Under the pieces are notes generated by a model. That model worked only from the letters and a program-made list of their open reading frames with translations. It did not search any database and was not told the DNA's origin. Below, one piece after another: positions 9,013-20,363 of a stretch of 64,000 nucleotides of DNA (position 1 is its first letter; the number at the start of each line of letters is the position of its first letter). The position numbers and the translations under genes were made by a program. The stretch comes from a virus: the IMG/VR virus record IMGVR_UViG_3300032331_001791, positions 1-64,000 of that record. One strand, written 5' to 3'.

Positions 9013-10755
9013 ATGGCAGATTCCAATATTTTATTACAAACTTTAGATGCTAGTCTCAAAGCAACTGGGGCTGTATTTGATATTGGAACAAAAACACTAG
9101 GACTTGCGATTGACCAATTAAAAGATCAATTAAAAGAATTTGATGCTTTACAAGAACAATCTTTAGGTATAGGATTAACTTATACAGAAGCTTTAAATAA
9201 AAATAATTTAGCAATAGGTAAATTTGGAGCAACCCTAGACACAGCTTTTAATATAAATCTAAGTTTAGTAAAAAATAGATTAGAAACCAATACAGAAGGT
9301 TTAGTAAAACTTGCAGCCATTCAAGAAGCTCTAGGAATTTCTAGCAAAGAAACAATTTCAACATTTAAACAAGTAGGGATCATAGGAGGGCTGACAAATG
9401 ATCAACTTGGCAATCTAGCTAGAATTACAGCAGATTCAGCACTCATGTACAACACATCTACTGAGGTTCTAGTCAAGGCGTTAGACGCTTTAAAACCAGC
9501 AGTAGAAGGAGCAATGCTTGCAAATGGGGATGTTGCTGGATTAGCAGAAGCTTCTATGATGGCAGTTGCTGCCGCAGGGGAAGCTAATGCTGATAGAATG
9601 ATAGAAGTTATAAACTTCTTAGCTGACCCAAGTATTGAGGCTAGAGCAAAGAAAGCTCAGTTAGGTATTTTAGATAGCACTAATGGATTGCTTTTTGAGA
9701 GTTTAAGTGCAGAGCAAAAAGCTAAATTAGTATTTGATAATATTAATAAAGCTGCGGATACTCTAACTAAGAATTTTGGAAACAACATTAATACAAAAGA
9801 TATTTTAAAATCTTTAGGATTAGAGCAATTAGGAATTTCATTTATTGCTCTTTCTGAGAATGTTGGAGCTTTGAATGTATCAATAGATGAAACCCTTGCG
9901 TCTCAAAGAGCAAATGCTGCATTAAATAATGTTTTTGAAGGTATAGAATCAGCATTTAATAATCTAAAAAGATCTGTTGGTGAAAGAATTGAACCAATAA
10001 CACAAACAATAATAGATGTTGCTAATGCTATAGCTATAGGAATTGGAACTGCTCTTGATCCTATTTTTAAATATTTTGATGAACTTACTCAAAAGCTTAA
10101 AGGAGAAAATAGAGAAAAAATTCTCCAAGAAATTTCAAATACGGTAACACAAGTTACCGCATCATTTTTATCTTTTTTAATAGAATTTGGACAATTTGCT
10201 GTCACTGCTGGAAAGATATTAATTGATTCATTACCTTCTTTAATGGCTATAGCAATGAAACTTCCAGAGGCGATTAATTCAGCTATTAGTTTATATAATG
10301 CAGCCGTTCCAGGGGGAATGGAACTTCCAGAACTCAAAACTCTTAATGATGAAGAAAAAGCAAAACTACAAGAATCTATGAAAGGTCTTACTGATTTAAA
10401 AACTTCATTAGGAAATACTAGTGATAATTTAACTAAAATAAGAGAGTATATGGATAGAACAGCTTCAGCAACAGAACAAACAGCAGAGAATACTGTAAAA
10501 GAACCAGAGAGAAAAAATATATTACAAGATACTAATGATCTGATAAATTCCACATTTAGAGAATTTTTTAGAATTCAAAATGAAATATCTCAAGGAAAAA
10601 CTCTATCTCAAATAGAATCCCATTTAGCTTACGCTGGTATTCAACAAGAAAGAGTATTAGATGCAGCAAGAGAAAATAATAATTTAATGGGAATACAAAC
10701 TAATGCGATTCAAAATCAAGAAATTCCAGCAGTAGCCCCTGCTCCAGGAGATTGA
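9013..10755 (+). CDS. Tail tape measure protein (gp29-like)
   Basis: 580 aa, Ala/Leu-rich helical with hydrophobic stretches; precedes tube-initiator, LysM, hub and spike genes. Confidence 0.7.
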   Translation: MADSNILLQTLDASLKATGAVFDIGTKTLGLAIDQLKDQLKEFDALQEQSLGIGLTYTEALNKNNLAIGKFGATLDTAFNINLSLVKNRLETNTEGLVKLAAIQEALGISSKETISTFKQVGIIGGLTNDQLGNLARITADSALMYNTSTEVLVKALDALKPAVEGAMLANGDVAGLAEASMMAVAAAGEANADRMIEVINFLADPSIEARAKKAQLGILDSTNGLLFESLSAEQKAKLVFDNINKAADTLTKNFGNNINTKDILKSLGLEQLGISFIALSENVGALNVSIDETLASQRANAALNNVFEGIESAFNNLKRSVGERIEPITQTIIDVANAIAIGIGTALDPIFKYFDELTQKLKGENREKILQEISNTVTQVTASFLSFLIEFGQFAVTAGKILIDSLPSLMAIAMKLPEAINSAISLYNAAVPGGMELPELKTLNDEEKAKLQESMKGLTDLKTSLGNTSDNLTKIREYMDRTASATEQTAENTVKEPERKNILQDTNDLINSTFREFFRIQNEISQGKTLSQIESHLAYAGIQQERVLDAARENNNLMGIQTNAIQNQEIPAVAPAPGD

Positions 10756-10761
10756 TAATCC

Positions 10762-11670
10762 ATGACAAATAAGTATGTATATAATCGTGAACTACCATCA
10801 AGATCAAATCTTGTATTCATATTTCCAAATTCAAATGGAGGAACTCCCACTAGAGTAGTGTTACCTTTTTTAGAAAATATTACATTACAAGAAACAAAAG
10901 CTGCTAGATATCAAGATTTTAAATTATTTGGAAGATCTAGTGATCTATACGGATATATGGGAGCAGACTCAAGAAAGTTTAGTTTAGAGTTTTCTCTAAC
11001 ATTCCCACACATTCAGTATGAACATCCAGAATACAATGTTGATAATATAATAAAAGAAAAACAACCTAAAACCACAGAAGTTCCGACTAAGGAAACTATA
11101 CAACAAACACAAGCTGGAACTGCTACTAAAAAGTATCTTGAAAAAAGATCCCAACAATATAATTCTTTATTTACAGAACACATTGCAGATAAATTACCTC
11201 CAGTTCAAGTCTTAGGAGCACCTACTGATGTATCTATTCCTACAATTCAAATTCCAAATATAATAGGAAGTAAATCAGAAATAGATTACTTTCCAAAAAA
11301 TAAAGTAAGAACATCAGAATTAATGTTATATTGGACAAACATAGTAAGAGCTTCTGTAGTTAATGATTCTAAATCCCCTGTTCTAGGTCCACCAATAATT
11401 AGATTGACTCATGGAATTCTATATCAAGATATTCCATGTATTTGTAAAAATTATTCTTTTTCAATAGAAAAAGAATCAACATATGATCTATTTACTTTAA
11501 TGCCTCAAGTAATTAATTTTAGTATGGAATTAGAAGAACTGAGAACTGGGGATTATGGTGAATATGAAAAATCTAAAGTTGTAGTTAGAGACAACTTAGT
11601 TGGATATGAAGCATTATTTGAAAAAGATCGCAGTATGGATCCTGGATCTTTGGAGACACCAATAATATGA
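10762..11670 (+). CDS. Baseplate tube-initiator protein (gp48/gp54-like)
   Basis: GRS..Y.G..SR.FSLEF, PPIIRL.HG.LY..IPC; conserved position after the tape measure. Confidence 0.65.
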   Translation: MTNKYVYNRELPSRSNLVFIFPNSNGGTPTRVVLPFLENITLQETKAARYQDFKLFGRSSDLYGYMGADSRKFSLEFSLTFPHIQYEHPEYNVDNIIKEKQPKTTEVPTKETIQQTQAGTATKKYLEKRSQQYNSLFTEHIADKLPPVQVLGAPTDVSIPTIQIPNIIGSKSEIDYFPKNKVRTSELMLYWTNIVRASVVNDSKSPVLGPPIIRLTHGILYQDIPCICKNYSFSIEKESTYDLFTLMPQVINFSMELEELRTGDYGEYEKSKVVVRDNLVGYEALFEKDRSMDPGSLETPII

Positions 11671-11975
11671 TTAATAACAAAAAACTTGAAGGACCTTACT
11701 CAATAGATAAAGTTTTTTATAACCACAAAGGTAAAAAAACTACCAGTATTCTAAACTCTTCAAGATATGAATCTATAATTAAAGACATAAACATTATTTA
11801 TAAATATGATGTAGCTAGTGTTCCAGCTTCAATGAAAAATAGACCTGATTTATTAGCTAATTATTACTACGGTGATCCAAGTAATTGGTGGTTAATTATG
11901 TTTATAAATAATATCAATGACCCATTTGAATCTTTAAATCCAAATCAAAAAATAGCATTTCCTAAAATAAAATGA
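11667..11975 (+). CDS. Baseplate wedge gp53-like / LysM-like protein
   Basis: RPDLLANYYYGDPSNWWLIMFINNINDPF signature. Confidence 0.85.
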   Translation: MINNKKLEGPYSIDKVFYNHKGKKTTSILNSSRYESIIKDINIIYKYDVASVPASMKNRPDLLANYYYGDPSNWWLIMFINNINDPFESLNPNQKIAFPKIK

Positions 11976-14494
11976 CCACTACTTCGTTTGTTCCAACTCC
12001 TTATGTTTTCGTAGCTTTTAAAAAAGAAGCTGTGAATGAATTTAGAGATTTAGTTAGAGCAGGAACAGACGAAGGTTTAATAAAAAAATTTATTGGAAAA
12101 GAAGATTCTGTATTATTTACTAATTACGCGAATCCTAATTTTATTTCTTTTTCTCATGGAATAGCGGCAGGAGATGAATTGGTATGGACCATGAAATTAG
12201 AACTCATAGATCCAACAGAACAATTAGAAAATAGAATTACTAAAGCTTGCTTGTTTCCTAGTATAGTTCAAACTGATTTAAATAATAATCTACAAAAAGA
12301 TCAAAAAGAACTTAGAGCAAATCAAACAACTAATAGTCCAGAAGATTATAAAAACTTAGCTGATGCATTTGCAAAAAAAGTTGAAGATTATGCAAAAAAA
12401 GTAGATGTTAGAAAATATTACATAACTTATGGAATGGGTGCAAATATTGATACTTGGGCGGGAGTTTTTGAGGCTGTTTTGACGGGAGCGGAAATACAAT
12501 ATTCAGAATTTAAAAAGGTAGTGTTAACTCTTACTCCAACAGTACCTGCCTCAAATTCTATGAAAACAAATTCCAAAGCAACAGTAGAACAATACTCTAC
12601 ACCACAAACAGATTTAAGAGTTAGTATTACTGCTGAGTCTAAAGTAATACAGATAAATAAACTTTTAGATCCACAGAATAATTTTTTTAGTATTTATGAT
12701 TATGATGAAACAAGTAAATTTGATTTTGAAAAACCTTTAGTTACAGAAAAATATATGAACCCATTGTTTGATTTTCATTCAATGGTACGAGATCTAATAA
12801 AAAATTCTATATCATCAATTACAAAAAATAATAATGTTTTAGTATTACTTCCAGATTTAAATTATTTATTTTCCTTAACTGAAAAAGAAATATATACTGT
12901 AACTAAAAAAATAAAAGAAAGTAAAAATCAATCGTTATCTAAATCAAGGGAAATACTTAATCCAGAGATTGTTTTACTTGCTGATTCAATTTCTGAATGT
13001 TCAAAAATAGAAAGAATATTGAATATTTTTGCAAATAAAACTTCATTAAATCTATCTAAAATTGATACTACAAGATCTGAAGACATTACTCAAACTCAAA
13101 CTCCTTCAAATAGTACTACAACTCCGCATGAGACTGAATGGGATAGTTTAAAAGGGCCTTATACAGCTAGAAAAAGATACTATGAACAAAATGAATTTAA
13201 ATTATCTAAATCTTCATTAACAGAATACGATGATGGAAAGCCAGACTTTTTTAAATTAATAAAACAAACAGTAAGTGATATATATTATTTTTTACCTCAA
13301 AGAAAACCAAGAGTTAGATTGGTTCACGAATCTAATTTAGATATTTTAAAAGTATGGGAGAATAATTACAAAGATGATCCCATGTTTAAAGATTTAGATT
13401 TAAAAAATCCAGTTTTAATTTTTGGTGATGTTGTGATGATACAAAAATTATATGGATCAAAAAAAGCTAAATTAGAATCTTCCTCCGGGTATCCAAATCC
13501 TAATTCACATTATAATATTTTACATCCAAAAGATAAACTTTTGAATGATTCAAGTTTTCTTGCTAGGATGACCGGGGTAACAAAAAATAAATTTTCATCT
13601 GTAGCTGCTTATTCAAATTTAACAACAGTTCCTGATACTTTTGCGTATGCTCTGGAGAAAACTGGAATAACTAATAAAGATCTAATGGATCTCCCTGTAT
13701 TTAGATATAATTTAAAAAATCCAAATATATTAAAAATAAAAGCTTTTGCTAATACAATTTATTTTAGTGAACTTGCAGAGGGATTCCAAAAAGAAGTTAC
13801 TAGAAAAATTTCTAGACACTTAGCTGGTCCATACAACGAAGAAACAAAATTAAATCCATTCTTAAATGAGACTGCTGTTTTAGCATATATTCAAGATAGA
13901 CTAAGTAGAGAAGGATCATCACAAGCTACCATTGAAAAAATTTCCTCTGATTTAAAAGATAATTATACCGTAAATAAAGGACTCCCTGGAGTTCCAGCAA
14001 TAATTCCAGGAACTCCTGCAACTTTAGAATCAGGAGAAACTTTTTTTACTGAACCAGAAATTTTATCTTATTATATTACTGATTTAATACGACAAGTTCA
14101 AGAAACTAATGGATTTTTATCTAAAACTTATATTACTGATTATGATTTCCATGATCCATCTCTTTACCCACAAATAAATAGACAATTTGATATACTTAAT
14201 AGATTTTTTAGTATTCAGATAGAAACTCTTCCAATGTTTGCTTTATCAGATGTTTCTTTAATAAATTCTCCTTGTTTTATATTTGCAAAGTCCCCACAAG
14301 TAGTTAATTCTGATTTAGAAAATTCAACAAAGCAAAAATTAAAAAATAATTATTTAGATTTTGTCTCTAATAGTTATATCTTTATGGGATTTAAACATAC
14401 AATAAAGACAGGAAAGCTATCTTCAGAGTTTATGTTAACTAGAGATTTAGGAAAAACAGGGATTATCCAAAAAGATCAAGAGGATATAGAATGA
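11972..14494 (+). CDS. Baseplate hub protein (gp27-like by position)
   Basis: Lies between the LysM and spike genes; C-terminal 'Y...G.KH.I......SEF.L' hub-like ending. Confidence 0.55.
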   Translation: MTTTSFVPTPYVFVAFKKEAVNEFRDLVRAGTDEGLIKKFIGKEDSVLFTNYANPNFISFSHGIAAGDELVWTMKLELIDPTEQLENRITKACLFPSIVQTDLNNNLQKDQKELRANQTTNSPEDYKNLADAFAKKVEDYAKKVDVRKYYITYGMGANIDTWAGVFEAVLTGAEIQYSEFKKVVLTLTPTVPASNSMKTNSKATVEQYSTPQTDLRVSITAESKVIQINKLLDPQNNFFSIYDYDETSKFDFEKPLVTEKYMNPLFDFHSMVRDLIKNSISSITKNNNVLVLLPDLNYLFSLTEKEIYTVTKKIKESKNQSLSKSREILNPEIVLLADSISECSKIERILNIFANKTSLNLSKIDTTRSEDITQTQTPSNSTTTPHETEWDSLKGPYTARKRYYEQNEFKLSKSSLTEYDDGKPDFFKLIKQTVSDIYYFLPQRKPRVRLVHESNLDILKVWENNYKDDPMFKDLDLKNPVLIFGDVVMIQKLYGSKKAKLESSSGYPNPNSHYNILHPKDKLLNDSSFLARMTGVTKNKFSSVAAYSNLTTVPDTFAYALEKTGITNKDLMDLPVFRYNLKNPNILKIKAFANTIYFSELAEGFQKEVTRKISRHLAGPYNEETKLNPFLNETAVLAYIQDRLSREGSSQATIEKISSDLKDNYTVNKGLPGVPAIIPGTPATLESGETFFTEPEILSYYITDLIRQVQETNGFLSKTYITDYDFHDPSLYPQINRQFDILNRFFSIQIETLPMFALSDVSLINSPCFIFAKSPQVVNSDLENSTKQKLKNNYLDFVSNSYIFMGFKHTIKTGKLSSEFMLTRDLGKTGIIQKDQEDIE

Positions 14495-15588
14495 GAATAT
14501 CTTTAGCAGAAGTTACGGATGTAACAAATATTTCAACTTCATTTAAATTTAAAGCTAGAATTTCTTGTTTAGGAAATGTAGAATTAGATGTTTGGTATAC
14601 TTCCCCTTACTTTGGAAATAAGGGTGCTGGATTTGTTTTTATTCCTTCAGAAGGTCAGAGTATCTTAGTTTTACAACCAGAGGGAGAAGAGGAATTTTAT
14701 TATATTGGTACTGTCTTGGAGGAATCTGCTGCTGAATTAGTAGATGATCCCATTATACCTGTAGAAGAAAACATTCCTCCAAATGAGAGGGTGGATAGCC
14801 ATATGTATTCTGCTAGGGGTAAACCACAAAGACTTCTATTTAAAGACCCCTTTGGAAATAAACTATTACTTTCTCAAGAATATAATGATAGTTATTTTAA
14901 CTTAAAAAATGAATTAAAATCATCTGTAGGAAAGCAAGTTAGTTTAGTCGATACCCCTGGCATAGACTCTTTAATAATAAAGAATCAACATGGGGATGGA
15001 TTTGTAATCACCTCATCTCCAACCTCACAAGATCCCTCTAGAAGCATTAGAAGCTATGCCCACATCAGCCAGGAGCATAGAACAGCCTTAGGAAGGTATC
15101 TTGTTCATCTTGGGGATGGCAGGGATATTACCATAGTAAATACCTCAACTGGGCAATATAAAGAAGCTGGGGATGAGGATGATTTACGCTATGGTAATAT
15201 AAATCTAGAATCAAGAAATAAAGATATTAATATCTATTCCAGAGCTTCTAAAAATTTAGGTAAAATTCATATTGAGTGTACAGATCCAAACTCTTCTCAA
15301 ATAATACAAGTTAGGACTCGATCTGGAGATTCCACAATTCGGGTTGATTCAAACAACAAAATTGAGATAAGAAGTGCAAATGACCTACATATAGAAGTAG
15401 GAGGAAACTTAAATTTAAGAGTTGGAGGAAAACTTAGTATTGAAGCTGGAGGAAGAATAGATATGAAAACAAGCGGTCAATTTAATTTAGATGGGGCCAC
15501 CATAGATCTAAATTCCCAGCAAGCTGATCCAGATACACCAACAATGAACCCTGTAGAGAGTTCTTACCCAAATAGAGTTCAATCCTAA
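14491..15588 (+). CDS. Central spike protein (gp5/VgrG/gpV-like)
   Basis: OB-fold-like N-terminus (GFVFIPSEGQSILV...YYIG); C-terminal VGG beta-helix repeats ending GATIDLN. Confidence 0.8.
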   Translation: MRISLAEVTDVTNISTSFKFKARISCLGNVELDVWYTSPYFGNKGAGFVFIPSEGQSILVLQPEGEEEFYYIGTVLEESAAELVDDPIIPVEENIPPNERVDSHMYSARGKPQRLLFKDPFGNKLLLSQEYNDSYFNLKNELKSSVGKQVSLVDTPGIDSLIIKNQHGDGFVITSSPTSQDPSRSIRSYAHISQEHRTALGRYLVHLGDGRDITIVNTSTGQYKEAGDEDDLRYGNINLESRNKDINIYSRASKNLGKIHIECTDPNSSQIIQVRTRSGDSTIRVDSNNKIEIRSANDLHIEVGGNLNLRVGGKLSIEAGGRIDMKTSGQFNLDGATIDLNSQQADPDTPTMNPVESSYPNRVQS

Positions 15589-18326
15589 TGGCTATTTTTG
15601 ATTTAGATACATTTTCAAAAGTTACAGGGCAGACTGGAAACCCTTTCCAAGCTGTCGGATCCGCATTTGGAGTTCCCGACTGTTTGTTAGATTTAACAAA
15701 GGATGCTTTATCTTTAATTCCAGGGGACCTACTAGCTAATTTAGCTGGAGAAGTTGAGCAAGGTCAAGAACTAGCTGATACAATAATTAAAGAAGCGATA
15801 AACTATGCTTGTTTTAAAACAGGAATTATTGAGTTTGATACTGAATCTGGAACTCTAAAATTTGTTTCTAGTGCATCAAAAAATAAACTTGATAATAAAA
15901 CTTTACAAGGATTAAAAAATCTTCAAGGATTCTTAGGGGCTGCATCTAAATATCTTGCTACAGGGGCACAGTTATACTCTAATGTTCAAGGCGTAGTATC
16001 TCAAATTCAAGCTATCGGAGATTGCTTTGATACTTTTAATAGCTTTTTGAAATTTCAAAGTGGACCCTCTGTAATCTCAGCTAGTGTTCTAAGTCAAGCT
16101 GATTTAGATGAGTTAAATGATGCAGAGTTTGGATTATTATTACAAAGAATAGAACAGGCTAAAAAGTTCTCCGATAAATGTGATAATACATTACAAATTA
16201 TTGGTGAGATTTTATTAGAGAGAGCAAAAGATCCTAATAAAGAGCCAAGATTCACAGACTCCTCCGAATTTGATGATGTCTTGAGCGGAACTAACTATCC
16301 AAGATTTTCAGTTGATGATACTCCAGATGTACCAGACACTGAGGTTTCTGGAGAAGGAGTATTGAGATTAACCTATGGTCCTCCAATAAGCACAAGAGGT
16401 TATTTCTTACTCACAAAAGATGGATTGTATTACGACTCTCAATCTGGAGGATTAAACCCAATCTTCGTCGAGATAAATTCAAAAGTAATTCCTGACGGAG
16501 AAAAATGGAAATACGAACATGATCCAAGTTTAGGTGGAAAAGGTCAGAATGTATCTTTAGATAGATTTAAGGAATATAAAGATACTTTATTTGATCCAAA
16601 TATTATTGATGATAGTTCTTTTTTACAAGAACATTATTTAGCAGACCATTTCCTACAAAATATAACGGAACAAAGAGATAAACACCTTTGGGATTTATCA
16701 GCAGTTCTTGTAACTGAATTGGCTAACAGTTCTAATGTAGAAAATTCAATAACAAAAAACTTGAGATTAGGGATAGCATCAGAATTAGCCAATCATAATT
16801 CAAAAATAAAGAGAAGAAAAAAACAAATTGAAATTGCTATAAAAGCTCCTGGAACTTTTGATCCTATTAGAGGAACTCCAGAGAGATTCAAAAAAGGAGA
16901 AGTTCCTATAAATGATTTTTCCTATTTGAATGATTATAACTTTGGTGTTGAGATTGAGAAGCAAAGAGATTTGTTTTTCAAACAAGGAGAACTAGATGGA
17001 ATAATTCTTCCAATAGAAACTAAATATGCTTCTCCACCAGCAAGATCAACAGATGCTTTAACAATTAATGAATTGATAGTTCCAGAAATTGGTATTGGAG
17101 ATATAATTTACTCCCAAACTTCTAGTACTTCTACTATTCTTTCTTTAACTGATACTGTAGTTACAGATAAATTGTTTGGTATTTATAACCTACTCCAACC
17201 ATATGTTGTTCCTCCATCTTCTACAACATTTAGAATTACAAACACAATAACTAATGATCAATATAATAATATTCAATTAGTTGCTAACAATGCTAGTTCT
17301 GTGTTTGTTTCTGGTCTTTCCATCCCATATTTAGAAGGAATTGTAAAAAACAAATCTTCAAACACAGCATTAGCTTCTGCTCTTGGATCTTATCTAAGAT
17401 TACCTGATTCTAAAGAATTCAGAGAATTTTTGTATGATCCAAGAGGATTTACTTTTGAATGTTGGGTTCATGCTCCAAACCTAACAAATGCTACTACAGG
17501 ATGGTTGAGCACTACAACATCATCACTAACTAGAGCTATACTAGCAAATGAAAATACTGGATTAAAAGTAAATACCGCTGCAAGAACAACTGCTGGTAGT
17601 CTAGTAGATTTAGATTTCCTGCCATATGATACAGGTGATGCAACTGTTAGAGGAGTTATAGCAGGATTTACAAGAGATAGAAGAATAACTCAAGAACTCA
17701 CTGGATACAGTAATAACAATTCTGATAATAATCCAGCCTCATCATTAAGTTTCTTCATAGCTCCAACACAATCAAGAGATGCTAGTTCTTGCTCTTGGGT
17801 AAATAAAGCTAATTGTAATAATACTGAAAGTTTCTATAAGATGAAGGTTGATTGTTCAACCAGAGTTAATGGAAAGAGTTTTGGGGATGCATCAGGTCAA
17901 TTTATATTAGTAGATATCGTAGGAAGTCCAAGTTCCAATGAAATAAAATTCTACTGTGATGGACAATTGATGGCAACATCTTCAATAAGTGAAGTATTTG
18001 GAGTACCAATAAATGGAACAATTGATATTCCAAGTTTTAAGAAAGCAAATAGTTTTGAATATTCAAGTAGTTCTGTTGATGGTCCAAGAAGCCTCAAAAA
18101 CGGACCTAAACTAAATACATATTATACACCTTGGATAGTTGGAGGGGGATACACTGATGGAATGTATCAGTATGGTAACTTCATGGGAGGTGATCGAGGT
18201 GGTATCATTAGCGGATTAAGAGGATTTGTTGGAAGTTTAAAATTCTATAGTAAACCATTAACTTCCGAAGAAGTCTTAACAAATTATAAGGCTCAACAGA
18301 TTTACTTCAAGAATATTTTAACATAA
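15588..18326 (+). CDS. Baseplate-associated protein with C-terminal LamG/ConA-like domain
   Basis: FTFECWVH, FYCDGQL and LKFYSKPLTSEEVLTNY motifs typical of the ConA-like lectin fold. Confidence 0.6.
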   Translation: MAIFDLDTFSKVTGQTGNPFQAVGSAFGVPDCLLDLTKDALSLIPGDLLANLAGEVEQGQELADTIIKEAINYACFKTGIIEFDTESGTLKFVSSASKNKLDNKTLQGLKNLQGFLGAASKYLATGAQLYSNVQGVVSQIQAIGDCFDTFNSFLKFQSGPSVISASVLSQADLDELNDAEFGLLLQRIEQAKKFSDKCDNTLQIIGEILLERAKDPNKEPRFTDSSEFDDVLSGTNYPRFSVDDTPDVPDTEVSGEGVLRLTYGPPISTRGYFLLTKDGLYYDSQSGGLNPIFVEINSKVIPDGEKWKYEHDPSLGGKGQNVSLDRFKEYKDTLFDPNIIDDSSFLQEHYLADHFLQNITEQRDKHLWDLSAVLVTELANSSNVENSITKNLRLGIASELANHNSKIKRRKKQIEIAIKAPGTFDPIRGTPERFKKGEVPINDFSYLNDYNFGVEIEKQRDLFFKQGELDGIILPIETKYASPPARSTDALTINELIVPEIGIGDIIYSQTSSTSTILSLTDTVVTDKLFGIYNLLQPYVVPPSSTTFRITNTITNDQYNNIQLVANNASSVFVSGLSIPYLEGIVKNKSSNTALASALGSYLRLPDSKEFREFLYDPRGFTFECWVHAPNLTNATTGWLSTTTSSLTRAILANENTGLKVNTAARTTAGSLVDLDFLPYDTGDATVRGVIAGFTRDRRITQELTGYSNNNSDNNPASSLSFFIAPTQSRDASSCSWVNKANCNNTESFYKMKVDCSTRVNGKSFGDASGQFILVDIVGSPSSNEIKFYCDGQLMATSSISEVFGVPINGTIDIPSFKKANSFEYSSSSVDGPRSLKNGPKLNTYYTPWIVGGGYTDGMYQYGNFMGGDRGGIISGLRGFVGSLKFYSKPLTSEEVLTNYKAQQIYFKNILT

Positions 18327-18327
18327 T

Positions 18328-18792
18328 ATGGCATATAATCAAACAGTAAATGTGTATGGACCAGTAACACAAACTAAACTGGTTAATATAACCAAATCTA
18401 AACCTAAATTTTTTGGATTGAATTTTCCTGTTGGAAAATTTGCTAACTCTGGTGGATTCTTTAAATCAACAACTGGGGTAGAAACTATTCGTAGTGGAGT
18501 TCAACAATTATTACTTACAGAAAGAGGGGAGCGTGTTATGCTTCCTTTATTTGGTTGTAATCTTAGAAAATTTTTATTTCAGCAGTTGGATGATGTAACC
18601 TTTACTGAGATAAAAGAAGAGATTGCAACTTCTATAAGAAACTATACTTTGGATGTTGAATTAGTAAAATTAAATGTTTTTAGTTTAGATAATATTACTG
18701 AGACAGGTGGGCAAGCATTAAAAGTAATTGTATTACTTAGATTAACAGATGAAACTAGAACCCAGTTCGAAGTTGAGGTTATACTAGCATGA
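18328..18792 (+). CDS. Baseplate wedge gp25-like protein
   Basis: LLLTERGERVMLPLFGCNLRKFLF signature. Confidence 0.9.
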   Translation: MAYNQTVNVYGPVTQTKLVNITKSKPKFFGLNFPVGKFANSGGFFKSTTGVETIRSGVQQLLLTERGERVMLPLFGCNLRKFLFQQLDDVTFTEIKEEIATSIRNYTLDVELVKLNVFSLDNITETGGQALKVIVLLRLTDETRTQFEVEVILA

Positions 18793-20363
18793 GCTTTACA
18801 AATACAGCACAATCTGATTTTATGAAACTCGTTGCAATAAAAGACGAGAACAAAATAGATTTAATTAACTATGCAGCGACAGATTTTTTAAGTCTAAGAG
18901 ATTCACTGATTGAATATATTAAAGCTGTCTATCCATTAGAATATGATTATTTTGTGGAATCTGATTTAGGAATGATGCTAATAGAAGTTGTTGCTTACAT
19001 GGGAGCCGTAATGTCTTTAAAGGCTGATATGTTAGCAAACGAAAACTTTTTATTGACTGCTAGAAATAGAAACTCAGTTAAAAAACTTCTAGAGCTAATA
19101 GGAGTAAGAATGAAGGGGCCTTTGTCTGCTGCTGCACAAGCTTCTCTAACTATTGCTGATTACACAACTGGTGCAGTAGAAATCCCAATAGCAAATAGAA
19201 CTATAACTGTCACTTCGCCTGAAGACGGTAATCAAGTTGCTTACACTATTTACAAAGTAAATAATGGAGTAGTTGATACAGGAAATTCAACTGGAAGCAT
19301 TTACTTAGATTCACAGCCTGGGGTAACTCAGTTCACAAATTTAGTTTTACAAGAAGGGGCTTTAGTATCCGATGAGGGGTCATTTGCTGCAACAGAGTCT
19401 ATTAAATCAATTCCTTTAACACAATCCCCAGTTATTGAAGGTTCTGTTCAAGTATTTATAAATGACACAGATATAGGAAGTTCTGGAGTTTACAACGAAG
19501 TTCAAAATATATTCTATGCATCATCAACTGATCAAAGGGTATTCCAAATAGTTTATGATGAGGATTATAAAGCAACAGTTTTATTTGGTAATGGTATTGC
19601 TGGCGTAAGTCCACCAGACTCTGCTTCATATCTTGTAACCTACCGAGTTGGTGGTGGAAGTAGAGGAAATATAAACTCAAACTATATAAATTCTAATGTT
19701 CAAGTTACAAATGCTTCTGTTAGTAGAACTGGAGTTATAACGAATACAACTAAAGCAACTGGGGGTGCTGATGCAGAGACAGTAGAACACGCTAAAAAAT
19801 ACGCTCCACTAACTTTCTCAAGACAAGATAGAGTTGTTACTCTTGAAGACTACACTAATTTTGCTAATACATTCATAAGTGATTATGGAAGTGTAGGTAA
19901 AGCTACTGCTGCTACTAGAAAAGCATATTGTTCTGGAAATATAATTGATATTTATGTGGTAGAAAAAGCTTCTAATCTTCAAGTTCAGAAAGCAACTCCT
20001 ACATTTAAACAACAACTTATTTCTGCATTACAACCTAAAAAGATGGTGACTGACGAGATAGTTGTTGTAGATGGATTAGTTAGAACATTAGATTTAAATG
20101 TTACACTTCAAGTTGATAAACAATTTAAAACAAAAGAGCAACAGATCAAGGCGAAAGTTAGAAACGCTATATTAGATTTTATGTCTGTGGATAAAAGAGA
20201 GTTTGGAGAGACTTTAGTTTTGGCAGATTTAAATAGAGTTATTTTTGAAATAGATGAAGTTAGAATTTCTTCCATAGATAATTTAACTCAAAATGTTCAA
20301 GTTGATTTTAATGAGCTTATTCAATTAAATAATATTTCTATTTCAGTTCAATACTTAGACTAA
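18789..20363 (+). CDS. Baseplate wedge gp6-like (baseplate J family) protein
   Basis: DF.SLRDSL, ENFLLTA, FGNG..G..P, YRVGGG..GN, GGADAET, QDRVVT.EDY. Confidence 0.9.
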   Translation: MSFTNTAQSDFMKLVAIKDENKIDLINYAATDFLSLRDSLIEYIKAVYPLEYDYFVESDLGMMLIEVVAYMGAVMSLKADMLANENFLLTARNRNSVKKLLELIGVRMKGPLSAAAQASLTIADYTTGAVEIPIANRTITVTSPEDGNQVAYTIYKVNNGVVDTGNSTGSIYLDSQPGVTQFTNLVLQEGALVSDEGSFAATESIKSIPLTQSPVIEGSVQVFINDTDIGSSGVYNEVQNIFYASSTDQRVFQIVYDEDYKATVLFGNGIAGVSPPDSASYLVTYRVGGGSRGNINSNYINSNVQVTNASVSRTGVITNTTKATGGADAETVEHAKKYAPLTFSRQDRVVTLEDYTNFANTFISDYGSVGKATAATRKAYCSGNIIDIYVVEKASNLQVQKATPTFKQQLISALQPKKMVTDEIVVVDGLVRTLDLNVTLQVDKQFKTKEQQIKAKVRNAILDFMSVDKREFGETLVLADLNRVIFEIDEVRISSIDNLTQNVQVDFNELIQLNNISISVQYLD

